Part shown: positions 45,517 through 55,723 of the stretch, in pieces
Position numbering within the stretch: the first letter of the stretch is position 1
Layout: every line of letters starts with the position of its first letter
From: Verrucomicrobiia bacterium
Lineage (GTDB): Bacteria > Verrucomicrobiota > Verrucomicrobiia > Limisphaerales > JAKPVM01
Direction: 5' to 3'
DNA: 64,000 nt
NCBI GenBank assembly: GCA_049968335.1
Contig: JBMFQZ010000009.1
Coordinates: forward strand, 54,295-118,294
Position numbers and translations under genes: made by a program
The notes under the pieces: generated by a model
What the model was told of the DNA's origin: nothing
What the model saw: only the letters and a program-made list of their open reading frames with translations
Databases searched by the model: none

Positions 45517-47880
45517 ATGATTGCGCGGGTAATACTTGAGATTGCGTTGAACAAGGATTTTGACTACCTTGTTCCGCCTGAGTTTGAAAAGATTATTCAG
45601 GTTGGAAGCAGGGTAAAGGTGCCGTTTGGTTCGCGTTATCTGTTTGGTTTTGTAAGCGAGTTGACCGAACATAGTACGTATCCGAACCTCAAGCCAATTG
45701 CAAAAGTTGTCGGCTCTCAGGGAACAATAACGCCGCAGGTATTAAAACTGGCGCGATGGATTGCAGATTATTATTGTTGCGCCCCGGAGATTGCTTTAAA
45801 GAGCATTGTTCCTAAAGCGGTGCGTAGGGAAAAAGAGGGGTGGCAAAACCAACTTTTTGTGCGGTTGTTGCCGTATAATCGTTCAAACGCGGATTTTAAA
45901 CTTACCCGACGCCAGATGGAGGTTCTGGCAATAGTTGAAGAATATCGCGAATTGCCGCTGGGAAAACTGGTTTCGCTTGCGCAGACAACGGCTGCGACTG
46001 TTCGTAAACTTGAAGACAAAGGGATAGTTGAAATATCGCCGCAGCGCGTTGAGCGCGACCCGTATGAAAACGAGATAATCCTGCCGACCAATCCATTGCC
46101 GCTCAACAGCGACCAGCAGGCTGCATTTGACGCAATAAAAAAGGCTATTGAGAATGAATATTCTAAAATATTTCCGCCGGGTCAGGTTGATAAAAAAGAG
46201 GCTTCGTTAAAACCCTCGCCGGTATTTTTGTTGAACGGGGTAACAGGCAGCGGGAAGACAGAGATTTATCTGCAGGCGATTGCAAGCGCGTTAGAAAAGG
46301 GCAAAGGCGCCATTGTCCTTGTTCCTGAAATCTCGCTTACTCCGCAGACTGTTGAGAGGTTTAAAGCCCGATTCTCGCACGGAAGATTACAAACCTCTGT
46401 TGCGGTTTTGCACAGTCACTTGTCAGAAGGCGAACGGCATGACCAGTGGCACAGGATTAGAGAAGGCAGGGCAAAGATTGTAATCGGGGCGCGCTCGGCT
46501 ATATTTGCGCCGATTGACCCGCTCGGGTTAATAATAGTAGATGAGGAACACGAGCATTCTTACAAACAGGAAGAAGCGCCAAGATACAATGCGCGGGATG
46601 TTGCGGTCGTCAGGGGACAGATGGAAGGCGCGGTCGTTGTCCTCGGTTCTGCCACGCCTTCTCTTGAAAGTTATTACAACGCGCAACGAGGAAAATATAT
46701 TTTATTAAACCTTCCAAAACGGGCGGACGATAAAAAGATGCCGCTTGTCCGCGTAATAGATTTGCGAACAGCCGTTCACTCTAACAAAGGCGCGCCGCTT
46801 TTTTCGCCGCAATTAAAAGAGGCAATACTTCAACGGCTGGAGAAAAAGGAACAAATAATCCTTTTTTTAAATCGCAGGGGATATTCAACTTCACTCCAAT
46901 GCCCGATTTGCGGATATGTTGCGCAATGTCAGAATTGCAGCGTTGCGCTCACATATCACCGCCAGTATGAAAAACTGCTCTGCCACATCTGCGGATACGA
47001 AGAACAGGCTCCTGCAATTTGTCCGAATGAAAAATGCAAGAATCCGCACATTCGTTTTTCAGGATTTGGAACGCAGAAAATAGAGGAAGCCTTAAAGAGA
47101 ATTTTTCCAAAGGCGGTCATCGCGCGAATGGATTCAGACACAATGCAGCGAAAAGACGATTACCGCCAGATTTTATCTGAATTCAGAACAGGCAAGATAG
47201 ATATAATCATTGGCACGCAGATGATTGCCAAGGGATTGCATTTTCCAAATGTTACGCTTGTCGGCATAATTTACGCAGACCTTGCCTTGCACCTGCCTGA
47301 TTTTCGCGCCGGTGAACGAACATTTCAGCTTGTAACTCAAGTTGCTGGACGCGCCGGACGCGGCGATATTGAAGGCGAGGTAATTGTGCAATCCTTTACT
47401 CCATATCATCCAGCAATACAATTTGCAAGACGCCACGACTATGAAGGATTTTTCGACGAAGAACTCCGTTTTAGAACCCAGCTTTATTACCCGCCAATAA
47501 GTCGCGTCGCGCTGATTACCTTTAAAGGACACAATGAAGATAAGGTAAAATTCTTCGCTAATTATTTTAGAGACGAGTTATTAAAATTTCTAAAAATAAA
47601 TCCTGACTCATCTATGATAATAAGGGCTGGCAGGAGGCTGGTAGAAGAGGCAGACAAGAATGCCAACGCCCAGCAAAAACCTGTCGTAGATGATTTGATA
47701 ATAGCCGGACCGGCGCCCGCTCCAATTTTAAAAATCCAGTCTTATTACCGCTATCATATTATGTTGCGAACAAAAAAGATGTTAACATTGAGCAGAAAAA
47801 TAGCCGAATTTCTACAACAGATAAAACCGCTAAAAGATATATCTATAATCGTTGATATTGACCCGACGAGTTTGATCTGA
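45517..47880 (+). CDS. priA: primosomal replication-restart helicase PriA
   Basis: 787 aa with Walker A GVTGSGKTE, DEEH box, and a Cys-rich zinc-binding insert (CPICGYVAQCQNCSVALTYH...CHICGY). Confidence 0.95.
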   Translation: MIARVILEIALNKDFDYLVPPEFEKIIQVGSRVKVPFGSRYLFGFVSELTEHSTYPNLKPIAKVVGSQGTITPQVLKLARWIADYYCCAPEIALKSIVPKAVRREKEGWQNQLFVRLLPYNRSNADFKLTRRQMEVLAIVEEYRELPLGKLVSLAQTTAATVRKLEDKGIVEISPQRVERDPYENEIILPTNPLPLNSDQQAAFDAIKKAIENEYSKIFPPGQVDKKEASLKPSPVFLLNGVTGSGKTEIYLQAIASALEKGKGAIVLVPEISLTPQTVERFKARFSHGRLQTSVAVLHSHLSEGERHDQWHRIREGRAKIVIGARSAIFAPIDPLGLIIVDEEHEHSYKQEEAPRYNARDVAVVRGQMEGAVVVLGSATPSLESYYNAQRGKYILLNLPKRADDKKMPLVRVIDLRTAVHSNKGAPLFSPQLKEAILQRLEKKEQIILFLNRRGYSTSLQCPICGYVAQCQNCSVALTYHRQYEKLLCHICGYEEQAPAICPNEKCKNPHIRFSGFGTQKIEEALKRIFPKAVIARMDSDTMQRKDDYRQILSEFRTGKIDIIIGTQMIAKGLHFPNVTLVGIIYADLALHLPDFRAGERTFQLVTQVAGRAGRGDIEGEVIVQSFTPYHPAIQFARRHDYEGFFDEELRFRTQLYYPPISRVALITFKGHNEDKVKFFANYFRDELLKFLKINPDSSMIIRAGRRLVEEADKNANAQQKPVVDDLIIAGPAPAPILKIQSYYRYHIMLRTKKMLTLSRKIAEFLQQIKPLKDISIIVDIDPTSLI

Positions 47881-47960
47881 GAATTGCCTGCGGCGTTGTC
47901 TCAATTCTTGCTTTGACATTGATAAAGCGGCGGATTAAATAAAGCGTAAAAAAAGATCAA

Positions 47961-48818
47961 ATGAATAGGATAGGAATAATTGGCGGAACCGGTTTATACG
48001 AGATTGAAGGGCTTAAAAACCAAAAATGGGTTACAGTAAAAACTCCGTTCGGAAATCCATCGGATAAAATATTACTGGGCGAATTGTGCGGACGCGAGGT
48101 GCTGTTTTTGCCAAGACACGGTCGCGGGCATCGCATCTTGCCGGGCGAACTCAATCACAGGGCAAATATATGGGCGTTAAAAAAATTAGGTGTTTCCTGG
48201 ATTATAAGCGTCAGCGCCGTTGGTTCTTTGCAGGAGAAGTATAAGCCGCGCGATATCGTTGTTATTGACCAGTTTGTTGACCGCACAAAGAAGAGCGCCG
48301 AACACACATTCTTCGGCAACGGCATCGTCGTTCACATAGCGTTTGCCCACCCTGTTTGCGAAGAGTTAAGAAAGATATTGTTTGAAAGCGCGCAAGAACT
48401 TGGACTCCCCGTTCACAATGGCGGCAGTTATGTGAATATGGAAGGACCGGCTTTCAGCACAAAAGCAGAGTCTATAGCAAATCATAACTCCGGTTTTAGC
48501 GTTATTGGAATGACAAATTTGGGCGAGGCAAAATGCGCCCGCGAGGCAGAAATTGCTTACGCCACGCTCGCAATGGTGACTGATTACGATTGCTGGAAAG
48601 AAAACGAAGAACACGTCACGGTAGAAATGGTCGTTGAACATTTAAAATATAACGCGCAAAACGCAAAAAATATTATCGTTAAATCTATACCGCGAATTCC
48701 ATCAGAGCCTTCCTGCTCCTGTCATAACGCTTTAAAAAACGCAATCCTCACAGACAAAAAATACTGGACCAAAGCGGCAATAAAACGGCTAAAACCTATT
48801 ATCGGAAAATATCTTTAA
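47961..48818 (+). CDS. mtnP: S-methyl-5'-thioadenosine phosphorylase
   Basis: MNRIGIIGGTGLYEIEGL..., FLPRHGRGH, and VIGMTNLGEAKCAREAEIAYATLAMVTDYDCW, canonical for MTAP. Confidence 0.9.
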   Translation: MNRIGIIGGTGLYEIEGLKNQKWVTVKTPFGNPSDKILLGELCGREVLFLPRHGRGHRILPGELNHRANIWALKKLGVSWIISVSAVGSLQEKYKPRDIVVIDQFVDRTKKSAEHTFFGNGIVVHIAFAHPVCEELRKILFESAQELGLPVHNGGSYVNMEGPAFSTKAESIANHNSGFSVIGMTNLGEAKCAREAEIAYATLAMVTDYDCWKENEEHVTVEMVVEHLKYNAQNAKNIIVKSIPRIPSEPSCSCHNALKNAILTDKKYWTKAAIKRLKPIIGKYL

Positions 48819-49663
48819 TTAACGCTGTTTAAATGGGGAAAAATAAATTTTGTCAGACCGACAAATTGCTTCAGACTGACCGATTCGCCTCTTGCTTCAT
48901 CCGGGATTGAATTGTGTGAAAACGCCTCTTTCAACAACGGCGACGGAAAATCCGATTTTAAAAGTTTAAACATCATCTTTCTTCTCTGGCTAAAAGCGCG
49001 GCTGACGATTTTATAAAATAACTCTCGCTGGTTTTGTAATGGCAAAAGATCATCCCTTCGTTTTTCAAGCCTTATACAAGCGGAATCCACTTTTGGTTCA
49101 GGAAAAAAACAGGAGGGCGGGATTTTAAAATACGCTGCGGGAATATATCGCAGTTGAATAAATAATGTCAGCAATCCGTAATCCGGTTGCGAAGGGGAAG
49201 CGACAATCCTATCCGCAACTTCGGATTGAATGGTTACCACTATTTTTTGAGGCGGCAGGACAAGTTTTGAAAATTCAACCAGAATCGGCGAGGCAACGGA
49301 ATAGGGAAGGTTTGAAACAATGACCCACTGGCTAAAATCTTGATCGCTGTTTTTTATAAGATACAAAAGGGCGTCATCGTTGATTATTTTAAGGTTTTCA
49401 ACTTTGCCAAATCTTGTTTTTAAGATTTGCGCAAGCCGTTCATCTTTTTCAATTACAAGAACCTCCTTTGAATTGTGAACCAGCAGTTCAGTCAACGGAC
49501 CAAGTCCGGGACCTATTTCCATCACTTTATCGGTTTTATTCAATTGCGCAGTAGCGACGATCTTGCGGAGCTGGTTTGCGTCGTGCAAAAAATTTTGTCC
49601 GAGCCGTTTGCTAAGCCTTATATCGTATTGAGCAAGCAACCGTTTGATTTCGGATATTGTCAT
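48815..49663 (-). CDS. rsmA: 16S rRNA (adenine1518/1519-N6)-dimethyltransferase
   Basis: RLSKRLGQNFLHD, VMEIGPGLGPLT and VSNLPY motifs of the KsgA/RsmA family. Confidence 0.92.
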   Translation of the reverse strand: MTISEIKRLLAQYDIRLSKRLGQNFLHDANQLRKIVATAQLNKTDKVMEIGPGLGPLTELLVHNSKEVLVIEKDERLAQILKTRFGKVENLKIINDDALLYLIKNSDQDFSQWVIVSNLPYSVASPILVEFSKLVLPPQKIVVTIQSEVADRIVASPSQPDYGLLTLFIQLRYIPAAYFKIPPSCFFPEPKVDSACIRLEKRRDDLLPLQNQRELFYKIVSRAFSQRRKMMFKLLKSDFPSPLLKEAFSHNSIPDEARGESVSLKQFVGLTKFIFPHLNSVN

Positions 49664-49683
49664 CCTATCACATTATTAAATCT

Positions 49684-50553
49684 TTAAAGTTCGCCATTAT
49701 CAATCAACCGCGTTGTTCCGACAAATACGGCAAGCGCAATGCGAGCCCCTTTTGAAACCTTTTCTACCGGTTCAAACGTTTCAGGATCAAAAAATTCTAT
49801 GTAATCAACCCGAGCCGACGGCTCTTTTTCAATAAATTGTTTTAACTCGGTTTTTAACTTTGAAGAATCAGCGGTTTTTTCATTTGCTACAATTTCTTTT
49901 GCCTTTTGAATTGCCCGGTACAACGCAGTTGCCTGTTGACGTTCTGACTGATTGAGGTAACTGTTTCGGGAACTCATTGCCAGACCGTCCGGTTCTCGCA
50001 CTGTTGGACAGACAACAATTTTTATCGGAAAATTCAGGTCTTTGACCATTCGTTTGATTATCGCAGCCTGTTGAAAGTCCTTTGCGCCAAACAGCGCGGC
50101 GTCCGGCAAAACTATATTAAATAATTTTGCCACAACAGTAGTTACGCCGCGGAAATGCCCCGGTCGCGACGCTCCCTCCATATTTTTAGAAAGTCGTTCT
50201 TCAACAACATAAGTGCTGTAAAGTCCGTGCTCTTTTCCCGGATACATCTCAGAATCGTTTGGTGTAAATACAATATCGGTCTGATTTTCCCGGCATAGTT
50301 TCAAGTCCCGTAAAAGGTCTCTTGGATATCGGGACAAATCCTCAGAAGGTCCAAACTGAGTTGGATTTACATAAATACTCACTACTACAACTCCGTTTTT
50401 GCCTGCTAATTTTCGCGCGGTTTTAATCAGGCTTATATGCCCGTCGTGCAAATATCCCATTGTGGGCACAAAAACTATTTTTTTCCCTTTCCGCCGCAAT
50501 TTCAACGCGGCGTTTTGCATTGCTTTTACAGTTTTTATCACTTTCATAAGCAA
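49684..50553 (-). CDS. panC: pantoate--beta-alanine ligase
   Basis: FVPTMGYLHDGHISL (HxGH), VSIYVNPTQF and LAMSSRN blocks. The first ATG is at 50547; the track starts at a TTG two codons earlier. Confidence 0.95.
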   Translation of the reverse strand: MLMKVIKTVKAMQNAALKLRRKGKKIVFVPTMGYLHDGHISLIKTARKLAGKNGVVVVSIYVNPTQFGPSEDLSRYPRDLLRDLKLCRENQTDIVFTPNDSEMYPGKEHGLYSTYVVEERLSKNMEGASRPGHFRGVTTVVAKLFNIVLPDAALFGAKDFQQAAIIKRMVKDLNFPIKIVVCPTVREPDGLAMSSRNSYLNQSERQQATALYRAIQKAKEIVANEKTADSSKLKTELKQFIEKEPSARVDYIEFFDPETFEPVEKVSKGARIALAVFVGTTRLIDNGEL

Positions 50554-50654
50554 AATCTCATTATATCGTCGTTTAAAAATAAATGAATTTCAATGACAAT
50601 TAGATTGCGTGAGTTCCTCTCCGAATCAATGGCATTTCAGGGAAAAGCGCGCCT

Positions 50655-50745
50655 TTTGGATTGGAGTGGCAAGACATACCGCTTGCGGTCTGTTGCAAGA
50701 CCGTCCCGCTGCGCGGGACTGCAGCGATGCCGCCAACACTACAAA
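50655..50745 (+). repeat. hairpin repeat family 2, copy 3 (composite)
   Basis: ttggattggagtggcaagacataccgcttgcgg shares tggcaaga..accgctt with the other copies. It is followed by the hairpins cggtct-gttgca-agaccg and gtcccgc-tgc-gcgggac, and a second ggactgcagcg unit. Confidence 0.5.
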
Positions 50746-50829
50746 ATATAAAATAATCATTCAGTTTATTTTAAAAATGTATTGAATCTTTGTGTGAGAA
50801 TAAGATAAAAAGACGGAAATCCCGGGATT

Positions 50830-52197
50830 ATGAATTCAAAGAATGAAAAAGTTACGAGCGGTTATGTTGTTTTAATAAGTTTGGTTGCGGCTTTTGGCGG
50901 ATTTTTATTTGGCTATGACACGGCGGTTGTTTCTGGCGCAATAGGTTTTTTAAGGCAACATTTTAACTTAACATCAGACCTCACAGGATGGGCGGCTTCA
51001 AGTATGCTTGTTGGGTGTATGGTTGGAGCCGTTGCGGCAGGACCGGCTGGAGACAGGTTTGGCAGAAAATGGAGTCTTGCCCTCTGCGGACTTCTGTTTG
51101 CGGTTTCATCCGCAGGCGCGGCTCTTCCACACTCGCTTGCGCAGTTTGCCTGGGCGCGATTTGCCGGCGGCATTGCTATCGGCTCGGCGTCAATACTCTC
51201 GCCGGTTTATATAGCCGAGGTTTCACCGGAAAAAATTCGCGGCAGGCTCGTTGCGCTGTATCAACTTGCCATAGTGATTGGCATCTTAATAGTGTTCTTT
51301 GTCAACTTGCAGATTCAAAGAAGCGGCGATTTGAACTGGAATGTGAACACCGGATGGAGATGGATGTTCGCATCGCTTGTTCCGCCTTCAATATTATTTT
51401 GCATTTTAATGGCGCTCGTGCCCGAAAGTCCGCGCTGGCTTCTAAAAATTGAAAAAAAGGATAAAGCCCGCGCTATTCTTGAGAAGATATCCGGTCCTGA
51501 GAATGCCGAAATTCAGATTCAAAAAATCATAGAGACGCTAAAAGAAGAGCAGGGAAGGTGGTCTGAATTGTTCAATCGTGGATATCTACGGGCGTTGATC
51601 GTCGGCGCATTGCTCGCTGTTTTTAGCCAGTTTAGCGGCATTAACGCAATAATGTATTACGGACCGGAGGTATTCAAATCCTCCGGTGTTGCTCAGGACG
51701 CGGCATTTGCTCAGACGGTTATCGTCGGCGCTATAAATCTTGTCTTTACATTTGTTGCTATTGGATTTGTCGATAAAGCAGGCAGACGTCCGCTGCTTTT
51801 AATCGGCACGGCGATTCAAACGGTGGCTCACCTATTTATCGGCATATTTTTCCTTAAGAACATAAACGGAATACCATTGCTACTCGGAATTCTCTTATTC
51901 GTTGCGGCGTTCGCAATGGCTATGGGACCTGTCTCATGGATTGTTAATTCTGAAATCTTTCCTACAAAACTGCGCGGCAGGGCAATGGCAATATCAATAC
52001 TGCTATTGTGGTTTGCAGACTGGCTGGTTACTCAAACATTTCCGATCCTGCAAGATTCCATAGGACCAACAAAGACCTTCTGGGTTTACGGTTTCTTCAG
52101 CCTTGCCAGTTTTATTTTTATTTATCTATTTGTTCCCGAGACAAAAGGCAAGACCCTTGAAGAGATTGAGGCATTCTGGCGTCGGACTGTTAAATGA
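50830..52197 (+). CDS. MFS sugar porter family transporter (sugar:H+ symporter)
   Basis: 455 aa with 12 TM helices and the sugar-porter signatures GDRFGRKWSL, PESPRWL and VPETKGKTLEEIE. Confidence 0.9.
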   Translation: MNSKNEKVTSGYVVLISLVAAFGGFLFGYDTAVVSGAIGFLRQHFNLTSDLTGWAASSMLVGCMVGAVAAGPAGDRFGRKWSLALCGLLFAVSSAGAALPHSLAQFAWARFAGGIAIGSASILSPVYIAEVSPEKIRGRLVALYQLAIVIGILIVFFVNLQIQRSGDLNWNVNTGWRWMFASLVPPSILFCILMALVPESPRWLLKIEKKDKARAILEKISGPENAEIQIQKIIETLKEEQGRWSELFNRGYLRALIVGALLAVFSQFSGINAIMYYGPEVFKSSGVAQDAAFAQTVIVGAINLVFTFVAIGFVDKAGRRPLLLIGTAIQTVAHLFIGIFFLKNINGIPLLLGILLFVAAFAMAMGPVSWIVNSEIFPTKLRGRAMAISILLLWFADWLVTQTFPILQDSIGPTKTFWVYGFFSLASFIFIYLFVPETKGKTLEEIEAFWRRTVK

Positions 52198-52266
52198 CAG
52201 TCTGTTGCGGATTTTACAATTTCTCAATTCTTGTGCTAAATTCCTCTGTGTTTTTAATAAATTAAG

Positions 52267-53295
52267 ATGGTTGAACATATAAAAAATGTTAAAATTCTTC
52301 CTGCCTTTACAGAGGAAGAGATTGTAAAAGCGGTTGATGAAGCGGTGGCGTTGCTCAAAGCGGGCGATGTCGTCGCGCTTCCGACTGAAACCGTTTACGG
52401 TTTGGCTGCGAATGCATTCAACCCCGCTGCGGTGGAAAAGATTTTTAAGATAAAAGGCAGACCATCAAACAACCCGCTTATCGTGCATATTTCAGATATT
52501 GAAATGGCTAAGAGATGCGTTAGAGAATGGAATGAAGCGGCGCAGCGACTTGCCGACAATTTTTGGCCTGGTCCACTTACGATTGTTTTGCCAAAATCCG
52601 ACTCAATACCGTCAGTTGTTACTGCTGGCGGTGATACTGTAGGCGTTCGTTTCCCTGCGCATACGGTTATTCAGCGTGTTATCAAACATTGCGGTTTTCC
52701 TCTTGCCGCTCCGAGCGCAAATGTTTCAAACCGCGTCTCTCCCACAACCGCGCAACATGTGTTTAAACAATTAGGCGACAGAATAAAACTTATTGTTGAT
52801 GGCGGCGCCTGCAATGTGGGTATTGAATCCACAGTATTTGACTTAACATCAAAACCGCCGCGGGTCCTCAGACCGGGAATTATCCATGAAGATTCAATCC
52901 TTGCGGTTTTATCCGGGCTCAAATCCTCATCGGTTCTTTTCCATAATAAAGATGCTACAACGTTGCGTAGTCCCGGGATGTTAAAAAAACATTACTCTCC
53001 TGTTGCAAAGTTGATTTGCCTTAACTGGCAGAGTGAAGATGAATTAAAACAAAGGCTAATTTCTCTGGGCTGCGACCCCGCGTTGACCTGCATTTTAGCC
53101 TGGGCAAATCCCCCATCAAAGTTTGGAAAAGTCACATTGATGCCAAAACAGGCAAAGGCTTATGCGCGGGCGTTGTATTCTGAATTGCATCACTGCGACG
53201 AATTGGGCGCAAAATGGATTATCGTTCAAACCCCGCCAGATTCTCCAGAATGGCGCGCCATACATGATAGACTCCTTCGCGCTTCTGCAGAATAA
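52267..53295 (+). CDS. tsaC: L-threonylcarbamoyladenylate synthase (YrdC domain plus Sua5 C-terminal domain)
   Basis: VALPTETVYGLAANA, KGRPSNNPLIVH, SANVSNRVSPTTAQHV and LRPG motifs. The 342-aa length fits the long Sua5 form. Confidence 0.9.
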   Translation: MVEHIKNVKILPAFTEEEIVKAVDEAVALLKAGDVVALPTETVYGLAANAFNPAAVEKIFKIKGRPSNNPLIVHISDIEMAKRCVREWNEAAQRLADNFWPGPLTIVLPKSDSIPSVVTAGGDTVGVRFPAHTVIQRVIKHCGFPLAAPSANVSNRVSPTTAQHVFKQLGDRIKLIVDGGACNVGIESTVFDLTSKPPRVLRPGIIHEDSILAVLSGLKSSSVLFHNKDATTLRSPGMLKKHYSPVAKLICLNWQSEDELKQRLISLGCDPALTCILAWANPPSKFGKVTLMPKQAKAYARALYSELHHCDELGAKWIIVQTPPDSPEWRAIHDRLLRASAE

Positions 53296-53334
53296 TTAAT
53301 GTGGTTTGAAAAGGTTATTTAAGTTTTATGGTTA

Positions 53335-54414
53335 TTATTCCGTCGGGCGGACAACCTGCAAAATCACAACCGCGCTGCTGCAGCCCCAAGAATACCTGCG
53401 TCCTTCCGGTGTCGGTTGAGGCCATCTGCACCAACAGAGATTGTCGGAATGTCTGCGCGACCTCCACGCGGCATCTGCGTTTTTCTGCAACCACGGTTCA
53501 AAGGTAGATTGCAAACCGCGCTCATTCATAAACCGCGCTATCCACCGCGCTGCAATGCCGTTGAATCCGCCGCCATCGCCGCTTTCGCCAGCAGGCGGAA
53601 AATAGCCATCCCTGCACATCCTGTTCATTGTATAACTTGCGGCGAGGAATGCCTCGTTTGTGAAGCCGAGAAAGTTTGCGGCTCCGACAAATGTTCCCTG
53701 ATTGTATGTAGTCGAAAACGTGGCGTGCCTGCCGTTCGTGTTTATGTTGTCGTAAACCTTGCCGGTTGTTTTTTCAAACAATGTGTCGCGTTCCCAGAGG
53801 AAAAGGTTTGTTGAGATTTTAAAATACTCGCGATTCCCTGTGGCTTTCCCGAGTAGAAACGCGGCGATTGCCCCCGGTCCGTTCACGCAGGCATTTTTTG
53901 AACGATTATCTGTCCGCCAATATAAACCGCCGCCAAGGTTTGTAGAATAGGCGCGTTTATAACACAGGTCAAAGTTTGCCTTGCCAACATCGCGAAATTC
54001 AGGATTGCCTGAGAGCAAGTATCCGCGTGCGCAGGCTATGACCATCCACATAATATCGTCGTTGTATTCGTTGCGTTCCCATGTTCGTCCGTGGTCGGCA
54101 ATAAATCCGCGAAACAGGTTCGTAAAAAGCGAAAGCATCCGCGGATTCTTTGTCCTTTCGTAGGCGTCCAGAATCATCTCCATCTGCTCAGCTCGCATCC
54201 AGAAGGAGACCTTGCCGCCGTCTGTGGATTCTAAAAACCACGCGTGTCCATCTTTTTCCCTGTAAAACGCCTTTATGTGCGCGTTCAAAATCGCGTCGGC
54301 ATCAGCCGCTGTAAATCCAGCGGCGGAAAAAGCAATGCAAAAGGATAAAATTGCGATTAGTCCGTAGATATATCGAGAAAATGGAAAAAACGAGGCTAAT
54401 TCTAACTTTTTCAT
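53335..54414 (-). CDS. glycoside hydrolase family 76-like (alpha-1,6-mannanase type)
   Basis: 359 aa with a signal peptide, DDIMWMVIACARGYLLSGN, and GGGLYWRTDNRSKNACVNGP, characteristic of GH76. Confidence 0.75.
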   Translation of the reverse strand: MKKLELASFFPFSRYIYGLIAILSFCIAFSAAGFTAADADAILNAHIKAFYREKDGHAWFLESTDGGKVSFWMRAEQMEMILDAYERTKNPRMLSLFTNLFRGFIADHGRTWERNEYNDDIMWMVIACARGYLLSGNPEFRDVGKANFDLCYKRAYSTNLGGGLYWRTDNRSKNACVNGPGAIAAFLLGKATGNREYFKISTNLFLWERDTLFEKTTGKVYDNINTNGRHATFSTTYNQGTFVGAANFLGFTNEAFLAASYTMNRMCRDGYFPPAGESGDGGGFNGIAARWIARFMNERGLQSTFEPWLQKNADAAWRSRRHSDNLCWCRWPQPTPEGRRYSWGCSSAVVILQVVRPTE

Positions 54415-54489
54415 AAATTAGTCTGTTCTGTTTTTCGTTTTAGTTGTTGACAAATTTAGACAAAAACCTTTTGACCTATTATTTAAAGA

Positions 54490-55575
54490 TCACCCAAGTT
54501 TCTCCGGTATCTCTTTCATCGGTCCCATCCATTTCAACTCGCGTTCAATGTCATCGTGCATCTGGTATTTTTTTGCGACATCGGCAATCTTCGCGCCGCG
54601 GACTACGATGTTTTCCAGATTCGCGTTGCCGAGACCTGAGTTTGCGCAAAAGTTCAGATACCCCACCCATTCGGGATTAATCCCCATAACCTCAATCCCG
54701 ACGCGATCGGCGGCGATGTAATCTGTAGAGGCAATAGCGATTTTTGATTGAACAGGCTTGCCGTTATTCGGTCCGTTGCCTTCCATACCTTCCCATCCGT
54801 CAATAACGGTTGCGCCCCAGTATGGTTTGAGCCGCTGCGCCGTAAGGGCGATATCAACGTGGGTCTGGCGAACCCCACCGTGGAAGACCCGTTTATCATT
54901 CCAGCGCTGCGTATCCTTGCGCGCGTTATGAAGCGGCGCTCCAAGAGCCATATTTTTTATTGAAAGCGTCGCCACCACTGTGTTGTGCGTCTTTAAAATT
55001 GCCGAGCAGATAATAAAGGCGTCCGGGTCTAACAACCGCGCTGCGAGGCGGATTGGAACGAAATGCAGGTCTCCGTTAAGGATGCTGTGAGTCTTGTATT
55101 TTCCTTCTTCGTTTAAATCAACAAGCTGAACATCCAGCGGTTTGAATTCCTGCGGAAGTTTTACATAGCCAAAATTCTCGTATCCTTCAATTGTGTATCC
55201 AGCGCTGGATTCGGCGATTAACACCGGACCTTTGAAACGAGGCGCAAGAAAATCAAGAATCCCCCTCAAACAATCTGCGTGGGTTGACGCAAGCTGATTG
55301 CGCGTATTAACGATGTTTGGTTTTATAATTACGTATTTCTTGGTTTTAAGTTTTGGCATTATCTGGTCTTCGATAGCAAGCAACGCCTCGTAGGCATTTT
55401 TCCGACGACTATCGCCGTTAGCAATGGAGACAATTGATTTTTCAATCGCGGGTTGCTCTGATGCCGCCGTGTTGCCTGCCCCTTGTTGTCCGCGAAGCAG
55501 CGCCGTCGTCGCGGTAAAAGCGGCAGCGGATAATATAAAATGCCGTCTTGATACCTTGTGTTCGCCGATGTTCAT
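54490..55575 (-). CDS. DUF362 domain protein with twin-arginine signal
   Basis: Tat-like SRRHFILSAAAFTATTALL plus the DUF362 hallmark YVIIKPNIVN. Confidence 0.8.
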   Translation of the reverse strand: MNIGEHKVSRRHFILSAAAFTATTALLRGQQGAGNTAASEQPAIEKSIVSIANGDSRRKNAYEALLAIEDQIMPKLKTKKYVIIKPNIVNTRNQLASTHADCLRGILDFLAPRFKGPVLIAESSAGYTIEGYENFGYVKLPQEFKPLDVQLVDLNEEGKYKTHSILNGDLHFVPIRLAARLLDPDAFIICSAILKTHNTVVATLSIKNMALGAPLHNARKDTQRWNDKRVFHGGVRQTHVDIALTAQRLKPYWGATVIDGWEGMEGNGPNNGKPVQSKIAIASTDYIAADRVGIEVMGINPEWVGYLNFCANSGLGNANLENIVVRGAKIADVAKKYQMHDDIERELKWMGPMKEIPEKLG

Positions 55576-55723
55576 ATTCCAAGTTTACACAAATCTTTTT
55601 TAATTTAAAAGAATTAAAATTCCAGGAATAAAATCGCAAGAGTATCCCCCCGTTTTTACAAAAAATTACAGAAATGTTTTAAATATTTATATAAGTAAGC
55701 CACTCGGCAGTATCCGCTGATTT

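Noticed and set aside
47913-47941. Sigma70-like promoter TTGACA-N17-TAAATA (or N16-TTAAAT) upstream of mtnP
   Set aside because: The -35 is perfect, but the -10 is weak and the implied leader would be only about 15 nt with no Shine-Dalgarno. Promoter consensus for this lineage is unknown, so I did not call it as a feature.
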